Part shown: piece after piece, positions 63,488 through 64,000 of the stretch
Layout: each line of letters begins with the position of its first letter
Position numbering within the stretch: the first letter of the stretch is position 1
From: Azolla caroliniana
Taxonomy: Eukaryota > Plantae > Polypodiophyta
Assembly: GCA_043228905.1 (NCBI GenBank)
Contig: JBHGNT010000005.1
Location: 2,790,001-2,854,000 of the forward strand
Direction: 5' to 3'
DNA: 64,000 nucleotides
The notes under the pieces: model-generated
What the model was told of the DNA's origin: nothing
Databases searched by the model: none
What the model saw: only the letters and a program-made list of their open reading frames with translations
Program-made: the position numbers and the translations under genes

Positions 63488-64000
63488 TGTGTCCTCCACT
63501 CAAAGCTACGCCCCTTTTATAATAGTCCGTAGAGGGGTTCCGCGACATGTGCGTAGTGCGGGATCCAGATGTGGTAGAACGCTGTCGAGATATTGCGCAA
63601 GTGCGTGTGGAATCGAGGCGGGACCGCGGGGGTCTCGAACCAAAGAGCAAGCGAGGGAGGAGACAGAGAGAGAACCGGCTACGCAGGACCGGGGATACAC
63701 AGGGACACGGCCCTTCAGCACGGAGAACGCGAACAGACACCGACACAGACAGATGCGAACGACTAAATATGTATATTAACAAAATTGCTAACACGATTAC
63801 AACCCTCGATGGGGCACAGGTTGGTTACAACTGAACAGGCCGGCGAACAGATGCCGATGCCTGTTCGCTTCGACGCCAAACGGGGTAGCAGGTCGGAGGT
63901 GCTGCCGGAAGCACTCGGGCGTTCCTCGAAACAGCGCGAGCCTCCCCGGAACCCTGCACAGAAGCTTTGGAGCTCGAGAAGGAAGGAAACACAGAGAGAG
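63488..64000 (-). mobile_element. Probable further LTR inserted in the pol gene of element B; runs off the window
   Basis: The pol frame (HTESVRRLKEALTAAPAL) breaks abruptly at a TGT at 63488/63490. The downstream sequence is non-coding and resembles the 60054-60658 LTR in composition (gagagag, gattacaaccc). Confidence 0.65.

Overview
AT-rich, intron-containing land-plant nuclear DNA, not prokaryotic. A fern or other seed-free plant is inferred from PLS-PPR debris and a probable flagellar gene. Six spliced genes could be rebuilt exon by exon with in-frame GT-AG junctions: RZ-1-type RRM/CCHC RNA-binding protein (-), a FAS1/fasciclin protein (+), RNA polymerase II subunit RPB3 (+), a long N-terminal remorin (+), mitochondrial fission protein ELM1 (-) and plastid pyruvate kinase alpha subunit (-). 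A seventh, cryptic small-exon gene at about 46.5-49.0 kb is largely missed by the ORF track. It carries PGYxGHxP-type and [ST]TY motifs resembling ciliary microtubule inner proteins. Intergenic DNA holds hAT and Mutator-like MITEs with target-site duplications (TSDs), LINE fragments, a PPR pseudogene and many microsatellites. The last 7 kb is a nest of LTR retrotransposons that includes a poly(A)-tailed insertion with a 16-bp TSD carrying PPR fragments. Gene names come from recognising protein motifs, not from database searches.
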